Shown here: piece after piece, positions 26,996-35,330 of the stretch | Layout: each line of letters begins with the position of its first letter | Position numbering within the stretch: position 1 is the stretch's first letter | Assembly (NCBI GenBank): GCA_903944295.1 | Contig: CAJARA010000138.1 | Span: forward strand, 1 to 36,243 | Origin: an uncultured Chloroflexota bacterium | GTDB lineage: Bacteria; Chloroflexota; Limnocylindria; Limnocylindrales; Limnocylindraceae | Direction of reading: 5' to 3' | DNA: 36,243 bases | The notes under the pieces: model-generated | Told to the model about the DNA's origin: nothing | The model's input: only the letters and a program-made list of their open reading frames with translations | The model's database searches: none | Made by a program: the position numbers and the translations under genes

Positions 26996-27540
26996 CCCTC
27001 TTCTCCGCCGCGTCGCTCCCACGGATCAACCGCTTCGGTATCTGCAGGTGGCGCTTCATAGCTGAGCCTGGCACGCCCATCTGACGCGGTTACCGCCGCC
27101 TCATCTCCGCACTCAATGAGGAGCACCTCGACGTTGGCGTCGTGCGCTGCGCCGCTGCTCGCCTGCTGGATCGGCTGGAGGAGCACCGGGCCGGCAACTC
27201 CGTTCCAGGCCGCAGCGAGCGTGCGATTGGGCGTGCGCCCATGTGCGGCGATGAGCGCCGTGATCGTCTCGGGATCGATCCCTGCATGGGTTGTAGGGAG
27301 GAGGAGGAGGGCGCTCGTCCCGCCAACCAGCTCTGCAGCTTCGCGTGCGGCTGCAGCGGTGTCGGTTGTGGCGGTGCCACGCGCCAGCGGCGCAAGGCTT
27401 TCGTCCCCAGCGCGGCCTGAGACGAGGATCGGCTGGGCCCCACCAGACCAGGCCGCTTCAATCAGTCTGGTGAGGGCGAGGGGGGCGCCTAGAGCCTCGG
27501 CGGAGCGCGGGTCGGTGAGGATCAGAGCGGCAACAGTCAT
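26992..27540 (-). CDS. Hypothetical protein, degenerate MobA/MocA-like nucleotidyltransferase fold
   Basis: Exactly fills the aspS-typA gap and its stop overlaps the aspS stop. MTVAALIL start, LLLLP..H..IDPETI.ALI.AH, WNG..GPVL and CGD resemble NTP_transf_3 proteins. ATG27540 has TATACT 6 nt upstream. Confidence 0.65.
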   Translation of the reverse strand: MTVAALILTDPRSAEALGAPLALTRLIEAAWSGGAQPILVSGRAGDESLAPLARGTATTDTAAAAREAAELVGGTSALLLLPTTHAGIDPETITALIAAHGRTPNRTLAAAWNGVAGPVLLQPIQQASSGAAHDANVEVLLIECGDEAAVTASDGRARLSYEAPPADTEAVDPWERRGGEEG

Positions 27541-27546
27541 GCCCAA

Positions 27547-27552
27547 AGTATA
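27547..27552 (-). promoter_or_regulatory. Putative -10 (TATACT) for a leaderless mRNA of the MobA-like gene
   Basis: Minus strand reads TATACT-ttgggc-ATG; near-consensus hexamer in a GC-rich background. Confidence 0.65.
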
Positions 27553-27567
27553 CGCAGGTGCGAAGCG

Positions 27568-27576
27568 TGCGAGAAT
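27568..27576 (+). promoter_or_regulatory. Putative extended -10 (TGcGAGAAT) for a leaderless typA mRNA
   Basis: TGCGAGAAT-cgtcat-ATG; no SD before ATG27583; the first hexamer base deviates from consensus. Confidence 0.5.
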
Positions 27577-27582
27577 CGTCAT

Positions 27583-29445
27583 ATGACAGCCCTAAACGCC
27601 TCCGCAAACCTCGTCGCCCAGACGGGTATTCGCACCGTCGGCATCGTTGCGCACGTTGACCACGGGAAGACCACGCTGGTGGACAGCCTGCTGCGCCAGA
27701 ACGGCGCCTTCCGCGCCAACGAAGAGCTCGTGGAGCGCGTGATGGATAGCGGCGACCTTGAGCGGGAGAAGGGGATCACCATCCTCGCCAAGGAGACGGC
27801 GATCCAGTTCAAGGGTGTGCGCGTCGTAATCGTTGATACGCCTGGCCACGCTGACTTCGGCGGCGAGGTTGAGCGCAGCCTCTTGGCGGTTGACGCCGTA
27901 CTCCTCCTGGTTGACGCGTCCGAAGGTCCGCTCCCACAGACGCGCTACGTCCTCTCCAAGGCACTTGCACGCTCTCTCCCGGTAGTCCTTGTGATCAACA
28001 AGATTGATCGCGCCGACGCACGCATCAAGGAGGTCATTGACGAGGTCTATGAGCTCTTCCTTGACCTTGGTGCGAATGAGCAGCAGATCAACTTCCCGAT
28101 CGTCTACACCAATGCGCGTGCTGGCACCGCAACGCTTGACCTCGAGCAGCCTGGCACCGACTTGATCCCACTCTTGGATGTGGTGCTTGAGACAGCACCA
28201 GCACCGATGCATGAGCCGGGCCATCCGTTGCAGGTGCTGATCACCAACCTTGCTGCAAATGACTTCGTTGGCCGCATTGCGGTTGGCCGCATCCGGAACG
28301 GGATCGTCCGCAAGGGGGCGAAGATCATCATCATGCGTGAAGAGAGTTCAATCAGCGGAACGGTCACGTCGCTCACGCTCCCAATGGGCATTGAGCGCGT
28401 TGAGGTTGCAGAGGCTGGACCTGGTGAGATCGTTGGGATCGCAGGTCTCGCCGACGTTGAGATTGGCGAGACGATCACCGACCCTGCAGATCCGCGACCA
28501 CTTGAGCGACTCCACGTTGATCCGCCAACGCTACAGATGACATTCGGTGTCAACACGAGCCCGATCGGCGGCAAGGACGGCAAGTTCCTCACCTCACGCC
28601 AGCTGAAGGCGCGCCTTGAAAAGGAGGTGCTCGGCAATCCTGCGATTGAGGTGAGCCCAACAGAGACCGGTGAAGCCTTCCAGGTACGCGGACGCGGCGA
28701 ACTCCAGCTCGCCATCCTTGTTGAGCAGATGCGACGCGAAGGGTTTGAGCTTGAAGTCTCGCGCCCTGAGGTGCTCCTACATAAGGGGCCGAACGGGGTT
28801 GAGGAGCCATTTGAGCAGCTCACCATCGACGTCCCTGTTGACTTTGTTGGCGTGATCACCGGAATCATGGCTGAGCGCCGCGCACGCATGGAGAACATCC
28901 AGCACGGTGCTGACGGCCGCGCCCGCGTCGACTTCCTCATCCCAACGCGCGGCCTCATTGGCGTACGCGGTCGCATCCTTACTGAAACACGCGGAACCGC
29001 GCTGATCCACCAGTTGAGCGCCGGCTACAAGCCGTGGGTTGGCGAGATCCCGCACCGCACCAACGGCTGCCTCATCTCCGATCGCACCGGTGTGACGACG
29101 GGCTACGCCCTCTACGGTATTCAGGAGCGCGGCGAACTCTTCGTGCTCGAGGGCGAGCAGACGTATGAGGGCCAGATCATTGGCGAGAGCGCCAAGCCTG
29201 GTGACATGGATGTCAACGCGGTGCGCGAAAAGAAGCTCACCAACATGCGCACCCACTCGCACGACGAAGCGATTCGACTCACACCACCACGCCGCATGGC
29301 GCTGGAGAACGCGCTTGAGTTCATCGGGCCAGACGAGTTGATTGAGGTGACGCCGTCCGCCCTCCGACTGCGCAAGCGACTCCTCAATGAGAATGATCGA
29401 CGCCGCGATGCTGGCCGGCGCGCCGAGATGCGCGAGGCAAACTAG
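27583..29445 (+). CDS. typA: Translational GTPase TypA/BipA
   Basis: AHVDHGKTT, EREKGITILAK, DTPGHADFGGEVER, NKID, GRGELQL, MRREGFE, PTRGLIG, KKLTNMR, ELIEVTP. Confidence 0.97.
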   Translation: MTALNASANLVAQTGIRTVGIVAHVDHGKTTLVDSLLRQNGAFRANEELVERVMDSGDLEREKGITILAKETAIQFKGVRVVIVDTPGHADFGGEVERSLLAVDAVLLLVDASEGPLPQTRYVLSKALARSLPVVLVINKIDRADARIKEVIDEVYELFLDLGANEQQINFPIVYTNARAGTATLDLEQPGTDLIPLLDVVLETAPAPMHEPGHPLQVLITNLAANDFVGRIAVGRIRNGIVRKGAKIIIMREESSISGTVTSLTLPMGIERVEVAEAGPGEIVGIAGLADVEIGETITDPADPRPLERLHVDPPTLQMTFGVNTSPIGGKDGKFLTSRQLKARLEKEVLGNPAIEVSPTETGEAFQVRGRGELQLAILVEQMRREGFELEVSRPEVLLHKGPNGVEEPFEQLTIDVPVDFVGVITGIMAERRARMENIQHGADGRARVDFLIPTRGLIGVRGRILTETRGTALIHQLSAGYKPWVGEIPHRTNGCLISDRTGVTTGYALYGIQERGELFVLEGEQTYEGQIIGESAKPGDMDVNAVREKKLTNMRTHSHDEAIRLTPPRRMALENALEFIGPDELIEVTPSALRLRKRLLNENDRRRDAGRRAEMREAN

Positions 29446-29453
29446 GTCTTCCG

Positions 29454-30623
29454 ATGAGTCCCGCGCGGATCTTCGCCGACCACGCTGCCGGCTCCGCCGT
29501 GCGACCAGAGGTTGCCGACCTCCTCGCTGACCTCTATCGCGACGGCATCGGGAATCCGAACGGTGGCCACGCCGAAGCACGCCGCTCGCGCGCCGTACTC
29601 GATGAGGCTCGCGCCTCCCTCGCCGCCGCACTCGGTGTGGAGTCGCGACAGGTCACCTTCACGGCGAGCGCCTCAGAGGGTCTTGCACTGGCGCTGAACA
29701 GCGAGACTCGTGCGAAGGAGCCACTCCTGACCAGCGCAACTGAGCACCGCGGCGCGCGCGCCCTTGCGCAGCGACATGTCGCTGCGGGGGGTGCGGTGCA
29801 CCTTCTCCCTGTGGACGAGCGTGGCGCATGGGCCACCAACTCGCCACTGGTTCGCGACGTTGCCAGCCAGGGTGGCGTTGCACTGCTCACACTCGCCTCT
29901 GGTGAGCTCGGCACCATCCAACCGCGAGCTGATCTGATTCACATTTGGCGAGAAGCGGGTGGCGGCGCGCTGATCTTTGACGGAGTTCAGGCGGCGGCGG
30001 CCGAGCTTCGATTTGATGAGATCGGTGCAACGCACCTTGTGCTCGGTTCGGCAAAGGTTGAGGGGCCGGCGGGGATTGCGGCACTAGTCTCTGCACCGGA
30101 TCGTCGCCTCCATCCGCTGGTTCCTGGCGGCGGACAGGAGCGTGGGCGTCGCGGTGGCACCGAGGCGGTCCCACTCGCTGCAGCGTTCGCACACGCCTAC
30201 CGGTTGATGAGCAATGAGCGCCATGCAACGCAGCGGCACCTCGCGCAGCTTTGCGAAGCATTTGATGCTGCACTTGGTAACCCGGCAACCCACGGCCTCA
30301 TCGCTACAGGTGCTTCAGATCTCGGCGCACGGCTCCCTGGGCATCGCTCATATGCGGCGGAGTGGGCGCTCGGTGACGACCTTGTTGCCGCGCTCGATCA
30401 CGCTGGGCTCGCCATTTCAACGGGCTCTGCGTGTATCAGCGGTTCGCGTGAACCATCTGAGGCGCTCGCCGCATGCGGCCTCTCGGATGCTGCGTCACGC
30501 GGCGGGATTCGCATCAGCTTCGGTCGAACACACAGCGTGGATGAGGCGCGCCTCGCGGCAGCCACACTCGCCGCAACCTGCGCCCGCATTCGCAGTAGCT
30601 ACACCGCGGAGGTCTCACGATGA
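29454..30623 (+). CDS. iscS: Group I cysteine desulfurase (IscS/NifS-like), divergent
   Basis: DHAA, GNP, TEH, ELGTIQP, DGVQ, PLP lysine in GSAK..GP, GGGQE..RRGGTE, catalytic STGSAC, IRISFG; directly upstream of mnmA. Confidence 0.85.
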   Translation: MSPARIFADHAAGSAVRPEVADLLADLYRDGIGNPNGGHAEARRSRAVLDEARASLAAALGVESRQVTFTASASEGLALALNSETRAKEPLLTSATEHRGARALAQRHVAAGGAVHLLPVDERGAWATNSPLVRDVASQGGVALLTLASGELGTIQPRADLIHIWREAGGGALIFDGVQAAAAELRFDEIGATHLVLGSAKVEGPAGIAALVSAPDRRLHPLVPGGGQERGRRGGTEAVPLAAAFAHAYRLMSNERHATQRHLAQLCEAFDAALGNPATHGLIATGASDLGARLPGHRSYAAEWALGDDLVAALDHAGLAISTGSACISGSREPSEALAACGLSDAASRGGIRISFGRTHSVDEARLAAATLAATCARIRSSYTAEVSR

Positions 30624-31798
30624 GCGATCACGCTGCGCTCCCGCAGCTCGGGCTCCCAGTCGGCTGGCTCGCTGAGCCGGTCGCGAGCGCCCCAGAGCGG
30701 GTGCTAGTAGCGCTCTCTGGTGGCGTTGACTCCTCCGTTGCTGCGGCGCTCCTAGTTGAGGCGGGACACGAAGTTGTTGGTGTCTGGATGCGGTTGCACG
30801 ATGCGGCGGATCGCGTGGATGGCGGCCGAAAGAGCTGCTGCACGTTGGACGCTGCAGATGATGCCCGCCGTGTTGCTGATCAGCTGAAGATCCCGTTCCA
30901 CATCCAGAACCTTGAGCGCGAGTTTGCTGCAGCGGTCCTTGAGCCGTTTATTGGTTCATACCTTGACGGCGAGACGCCGAGTCCCTGTGTGGGATGCAAT
31001 ACGGCGGTGAAGTTTGGCGCGCTGGTGGGGAAGGGGAGCGCCCTCTTCGGATGTGATGCGGTTGCTACGGGGCACTATGCGCGACGTGCGGTGAGTGCCG
31101 ATGGTGCGAGCTGGCGACTGCGGACCGCTGTAGATAGCGACAAGGATCAGACCTACTTCCTGCACGGTCTGAGTAGCGAGGCGATTGCGCGTGCACGCTT
31201 CCCGCTCGGCGAGCTGACAAAGGGTGAGGTACGAGATGCGGCGCGTGCGCGCGGGCTCGCAACGGCAGAGAAGCCGGAGAGCCAGGAGATCTGCTTCGTC
31301 CCCGATGGGGACTATCGGTCGCTCCTTCGCTCGCGCGGTTGGTCGCCAAAGGCAGGTGAGATCGTTGATGAGCGCGGCGACGTTGTTGGCGAGCATCAGG
31401 GGAGCGCTGGCTTCACCGTTGGACAGCGGCGCGGACTCTCCGTTGCGGCGGACACACCGCGATACGTCAGTGCGGTTGATCCGCGAACAAATCGCATCAC
31501 GATCGGTCGACGCGAGTCGCTGGAGCGCCGCGAGATTGATCTGACCGGCGCAGCGACGCCGAGTGGTGAACTTCAATCAGACGTGGTCCTTGAGGGACGC
31601 GCACGCATCCGGCACCGCGGCGTTTTGGCGGAGGGGCGACTGATTAGTCGCGGCGGCGGTGCAGCGACTCTGGAACTTCGTGAGCCGCTCTGGGCTCCAT
31701 CACCTGGGCAGACGGTGGTCCTCTATGAGGGCGAGACGCTCGCCGCTGGCGGCCAGATTGCCGCCCCAGTCACCGCACCCGTCGCCGCGCATGCTTGA
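30620..31798 (+). CDS. mnmA: tRNA 2-thiouridylase MnmA
   Basis: PP-loop SGGVDS, TPSPCVGCN..VKF, ATGHYAR, KDQTYFL, ESQEICF, TVGQRRGL, PGQ. Confidence 0.96.
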   Translation: MSDHAALPQLGLPVGWLAEPVASAPERVLVALSGGVDSSVAAALLVEAGHEVVGVWMRLHDAADRVDGGRKSCCTLDAADDARRVADQLKIPFHIQNLEREFAAAVLEPFIGSYLDGETPSPCVGCNTAVKFGALVGKGSALFGCDAVATGHYARRAVSADGASWRLRTAVDSDKDQTYFLHGLSSEAIARARFPLGELTKGEVRDAARARGLATAEKPESQEICFVPDGDYRSLLRSRGWSPKAGEIVDERGDVVGEHQGSAGFTVGQRRGLSVAADTPRYVSAVDPRTNRITIGRRESLERREIDLTGAATPSGELQSDVVLEGRARIRHRGVLAEGRLISRGGGAATLELREPLWAPSPGQTVVLYEGETLAAGGQIAAPVTAPVAAHA

Positions 31799-32060
31799 GC
31801 CGGCGCCACTCCTCATTGGGCTCACCGTTCTTGTTACTGCACTGATCGGCCGACTACTCGGACAGCGTGCCCCACTCCCCGTGGCGTTGGCTGCCGCCAC
31901 CGTCGGCGCCCTCCTCGCGCAGGTGATCGGGGAGCGTCTCTTCGGTGGGCTGATCCCCGTTGGCGGCGCCGCTTGGCCAGCCCCCCTGATCGGCGCACTG
32001 CTCGCCGAACGCCTTGCCGCACGCGTTGCGACAGGTTGGGAGCGCGGTCGCCAGCCGTAA
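31791..32060 (+). CDS. Small hydrophobic (about 3 TM) hypothetical membrane protein, 89 aa
   Basis: ATG31791 overlaps the mnmA end by 8 nt and the ORF fills the gap to alaS; sequence MLEPAPLLIGLTVLVTALIG...LAQVIGERLFGGLIPVG...LIGALLA. Confidence 0.7.
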   Translation: MLEPAPLLIGLTVLVTALIGRLLGQRAPLPVALAAATVGALLAQVIGERLFGGLIPVGGAAWPAPLIGALLAERLAARVATGWERGRQP

Positions 32061-32085
32061 GGCTCGCTGAGGTCGTGCACCCCTC

Positions 32086-32094
32086 TGCTACGCT
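32086..32094 (+). promoter_or_regulatory. Putative extended -10 (TGcTACGCT) for a leaderless alaS mRNA
   Basis: TGCTACGCT-cggatg-ATG(32101); same 10-mer as upstream of topA. Confidence 0.6.
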
Positions 32095-32100
32095 CGGATG

Positions 32101-34839
32101 ATGGAGCGCGACTCAAGGATTCCTTCATACAGCGCCGCTGAGCTTCGCTCGCGCTTTGTCGCCTTCTTTGCGGCCCGCGGACACGCCGAAGTGCCGAGCG
32201 CCTCACTCCTCCCCGCTGGCGACGCCACGCTCCTCTTCACCAACTCAGGGATGGTGCAGTTCAAAGAGCTCTTTAGCGGCGCCGAGACCCGCTCCTATAC
32301 GCGCGCCGTTGACTACCAGCGCTGCCTCCGCGTGGCGGGGAAGCACAACGACTTTGAGGAGGTCGGTCGCACGCCGCGCCACCACACGCTCTTCGAGATG
32401 CTCGGCAGCTGGTCGTTCGGCGACTACTTCAAGCGCGACGCAATCGTCTGGGCCTGGGAGTTCCTCACCGTAGATCTCGGCATCCCCGCCGATCGTCTCG
32501 CCGCAACCATCTACTCGGATGATGAAGAGGCGGCGGCGATCTGGCTTAACGAGATCAAGCTTCCGCCGGAGCGCCTTGCGCGCTGGGGGAACGTTGCGAA
32601 GGGTGACGATGCGAACTTCTGGCGCATGGCGGAGACGGGGCCGTGCGGGCCATGCTCAGAAATCCACTTTGATCGCGGGGCTGAGCTTTCTTGCGGGAAA
32701 GACTGCGCACCAGATCACTCGGAGCAGTGCCCACGCTGGCTGGAGATCTGGAACCTCGTCTTTATGCAGTACGAACAGCACGCTGATGGTCGCCGCGCCG
32801 AGCTCCCCTTTAAGAGCGTTGATACAGGGATGGGCCTTGAGCGACTCGCGAGCGTCAGCCAGCAGGTGCTCTCCAACTACGACACCGACCTCTTCGTGCC
32901 GATCCACGCCGCGCTACGCAAGATCACAGGGCACGGGGCGAAAGAGTTTGAGGCGCAACGTTTCAGCTATCAGGTGATCGCAGACCACTCTCGTGCCGTC
33001 ACCTTCCTCCTCGCCGACGGAATTCGCCCCGGAAATGAAGGGCGTGGCTACGTGCTTCGTCGCATCATTCGTCGTGCTGTTCGCCATGGGCGGCTCCTTG
33101 GCGTTGAGCGACCCTTCCTTGCTGAGGTTGCTCGTGAGGTGATCGCGCTCATGTCTGACGCGTATCCGTATCTGCGCGATGCAGGCCCAGTAGTCATTGA
33201 GTCACTCGAGCGCGAAGAGGCGCAGTTTGCGCGCACGCTTGATGGCGGCTCTGCACTCCTCGCGACGGCGTTGAAGCCGCTCGCTAAGGGGACGACCGCC
33301 GTGGGGACGCGCGCTGATCAGCTCCCTGCGAACGCACCGAAGCTTGATGGCGAGGTTGCCTTCAAGCTGCACGACACATTCGGCTTCCCGATCGACCTGA
33401 CGGTGGAACTCGCGGCGGAGCGTGGCGTAGCGGTTGATCGGGTCGGATTCGATGCGGCGCTCGCCGAGCAGCGACAGCGCAGCCGCGGCGGAAAGAAGGC
33501 GGAGCTCGCCGAACATGCCGCAACCCTTGCGCAACTTGAAGAGGTGCAGCGCAAGGTTGGCGACACAGAGTTCATCGGCTACGAATCGCTTGAAGGGAGC
33601 GCCACGGTGAAGGGGATCCTCGCCGAGGCTGGCGCAACTGATCGCGCGGAGAGCGGGAGTGTTCGCCTTGTCGTGGAGCGCACCCCGTTCTATGCCGAGC
33701 GTGGCGGCCAGGTCGGTGATCAGGGGGAGATTCTCGGCGCACAAGGGGCGAGGATCGGCCTGGTGACCGATACACAGCGCCCGGTCGGCGCGATGACGCT
33801 GCATGATGTTGAACTCAGTGCCCCAGTTGCCCTTGGCGATTCAGTGACACTCCGTGTTGATGCGCCGCGGCGTGCCGCGACGGTGCGCAACCATACGGCG
33901 ACACACCTGCTCCATCGGGCGATCAGGATCATTGCAGGGGCGGATGCGAAGCAGCGCGGCTCGCTGGTGCATCCGGAATACCTGCGGTTTGACTACCCAC
34001 TCGATCGTGCGCTGACGCGCGAGGAGCGCGATGCCGTGGAGGCGGAGGTGCAGCGCGCCATTCGGGAGGACATTCCGGTCACGGTCGCCCAAATGACGAT
34101 GAAGGAGGCGGTCGCCGCCGGTGCCGATGCCTTCTTTGATGAGAAGTACGGCGAGTCGGTGCGTACCGTGCGGATGGCTGATTATTCGCATGAGCTCTGC
34201 GGTGGGACGCACTGCCGTGCAACGGGCGAGGTGGGAAGTTTCGTGATCACCTCTGATCGCAGCATCGGTTCTGGCCTGCGCCGTATTGAGGCGCTGAGCG
34301 GGCCCGTTGCCGACGAGCTCCTCCGTTCGCGCGTGAAGAGCCTAGAGGCGGCGGCAGACGCTCTCGGCCTCCAGGACGCAGAGCAGCTCGTGCAGAAGAT
34401 CGGTCAGCTTCAGGCAGAGCTGAAAGATGCGAAGCGGCGTGCACGCGAGGGGAGTGGACGCAAGGCTGATCCTGTCGCACTCGCCGCCGCCGCAACAACG
34501 GTGAAGGCGGGCTACGGAGTGCTCGTCACCTCGGCTGACGTTGAAGATCTTGAAGCGCTGAAGGAGCTCTCGCTGCAGATCCGGAAGAAGATGGGCGACG
34601 GCGTGATCGCACTGGTGCGACCGGGCGGGAGTCCCGATCTGCTTGTCACCGTTGAGGGGACTGGCGCTGCATCTGCCAATGCTGGAGAGATCGTCGCCGC
34701 TGGCGCAAGCGCCTGCGGTGGACGTGGAGGTGGAAAGCCGAACATGGGGCAGGGTCGCGGCGCTGAAGGGAGCGATGCGGCGGTGGCGCTCAACGCCATG
34801 GCGACGCTGCTCGGCGTGAAGCCGGTCTCACTGAGCTGA
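32101..34839 (+). CDS. alaS: Alanine--tRNA ligase (full length with editing and C-Ala domains)
   Basis: LLFTNSGMVQFK, HHTLFEMLG.WSFGDYFK, GPCGPCSEI, EIWNLVFMQY, DTGMGLER, GRGYVLRRIIRR, TPFYAE.GGQ, HTATHLL, ELCGGTH, GGRGGGK. Alternative start ATG32098. Confidence 0.97.
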   Translation: MERDSRIPSYSAAELRSRFVAFFAARGHAEVPSASLLPAGDATLLFTNSGMVQFKELFSGAETRSYTRAVDYQRCLRVAGKHNDFEEVGRTPRHHTLFEMLGSWSFGDYFKRDAIVWAWEFLTVDLGIPADRLAATIYSDDEEAAAIWLNEIKLPPERLARWGNVAKGDDANFWRMAETGPCGPCSEIHFDRGAELSCGKDCAPDHSEQCPRWLEIWNLVFMQYEQHADGRRAELPFKSVDTGMGLERLASVSQQVLSNYDTDLFVPIHAALRKITGHGAKEFEAQRFSYQVIADHSRAVTFLLADGIRPGNEGRGYVLRRIIRRAVRHGRLLGVERPFLAEVAREVIALMSDAYPYLRDAGPVVIESLEREEAQFARTLDGGSALLATALKPLAKGTTAVGTRADQLPANAPKLDGEVAFKLHDTFGFPIDLTVELAAERGVAVDRVGFDAALAEQRQRSRGGKKAELAEHAATLAQLEEVQRKVGDTEFIGYESLEGSATVKGILAEAGATDRAESGSVRLVVERTPFYAERGGQVGDQGEILGAQGARIGLVTDTQRPVGAMTLHDVELSAPVALGDSVTLRVDAPRRAATVRNHTATHLLHRAIRIIAGADAKQRGSLVHPEYLRFDYPLDRALTREERDAVEAEVQRAIREDIPVTVAQMTMKEAVAAGADAFFDEKYGESVRTVRMADYSHELCGGTHCRATGEVGSFVITSDRSIGSGLRRIEALSGPVADELLRSRVKSLEAAADALGLQDAEQLVQKIGQLQAELKDAKRRAREGSGRKADPVALAAAATTVKAGYGVLVTSADVEDLEALKELSLQIRKKMGDGVIALVRPGGSPDLLVTVEGTGAASANAGEIVAAGASACGGRGGGKPNMGQGRGAEGSDAAVALNAMATLLGVKPVSLS

Positions 34840-35330
34840 TGACCTCAAGCGTGCGCCGCCTCGGCATTGACCTTGGCGATCGTCGTGTTGGGCTTGCCGT
34901 CTCGGTTGATGACACTTCGCCACGTGGGCTCTCCACGATGATGCGCAGCGAACACATCGATGGTGACGTGACCCGCCTCGCCACGATCTGCCGAGAGCAG
35001 CGCATCAGCGAACTTGTCATTGGGCTCCCACTGCATAGCGACGGCACGATGAGCCCGCAGGGGGAGAAGACGCTGCACTGGGCGGAGCAGGTGGTTGCGC
35101 ACCTCCAGCTTCCGATCATCTTTATTGACGAGCGTTACTCCTCAGAGCGCGCCGCTGAGCGCGTTGGTCGGCAGGGGGGTGGATCTGGTGGCGCTGCGCC
35201 AGGGCCAACCCGTCGTGCGGCGCACCGTGCGGCGATTGATCAGGCAGCCGCGCAACTGATCCTTGAGGATGCGGGGAACCCTGCACTTCACGTTGATCCA
35301 ACGCAGCTAGTTCGGACCTCCGCTACATGA
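34839..35330 (+). CDS. ruvX: YqgF/RuvX RNase H-fold nuclease (pre-16S rRNA maturation)
   Basis: LGIDLGDRRVGLAVS, VIGLP, DERYSS, ID..AA.LIL; conserved alaS-ruvX-mltG context. Confidence 0.9.
   Translation: MTSSVRRLGIDLGDRRVGLAVSVDDTSPRGLSTMMRSEHIDGDVTRLATICREQRISELVIGLPLHSDGTMSPQGEKTLHWAEQVVAHLQLPIIFIDERYSSERAAERVGRQGGGSGGAAPGPTRRAAHRAAIDQAAAQLILEDAGNPALHVDPTQLVRTSAT

Noticed and set aside
27541-27582. ORF-track start at 27582 for the minus-strand hypothetical gene
   Set aside because: It would abut the typA ATG and leave no promoter space; ATG27540 fits both the fold start and the -10 spacing.
31659-31790. ORF-track N-terminal extension of the small membrane protein
   Set aside because: It lies inside mnmA and is hydrophilic off-frame sequence; the hydrophobic protein starts at ATG31791.
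18974-34839. Functional link between the Fem-like transferase and nearby alaS/hisS/aspS as a dedicated tRNA-dependent biosynthetic cluster
   Set aside because: The synthetases are ordinary full-length housekeeping enzymes in widely conserved rel-hisS-aspS and mnmA-alaS-ruvX-mltG contexts.
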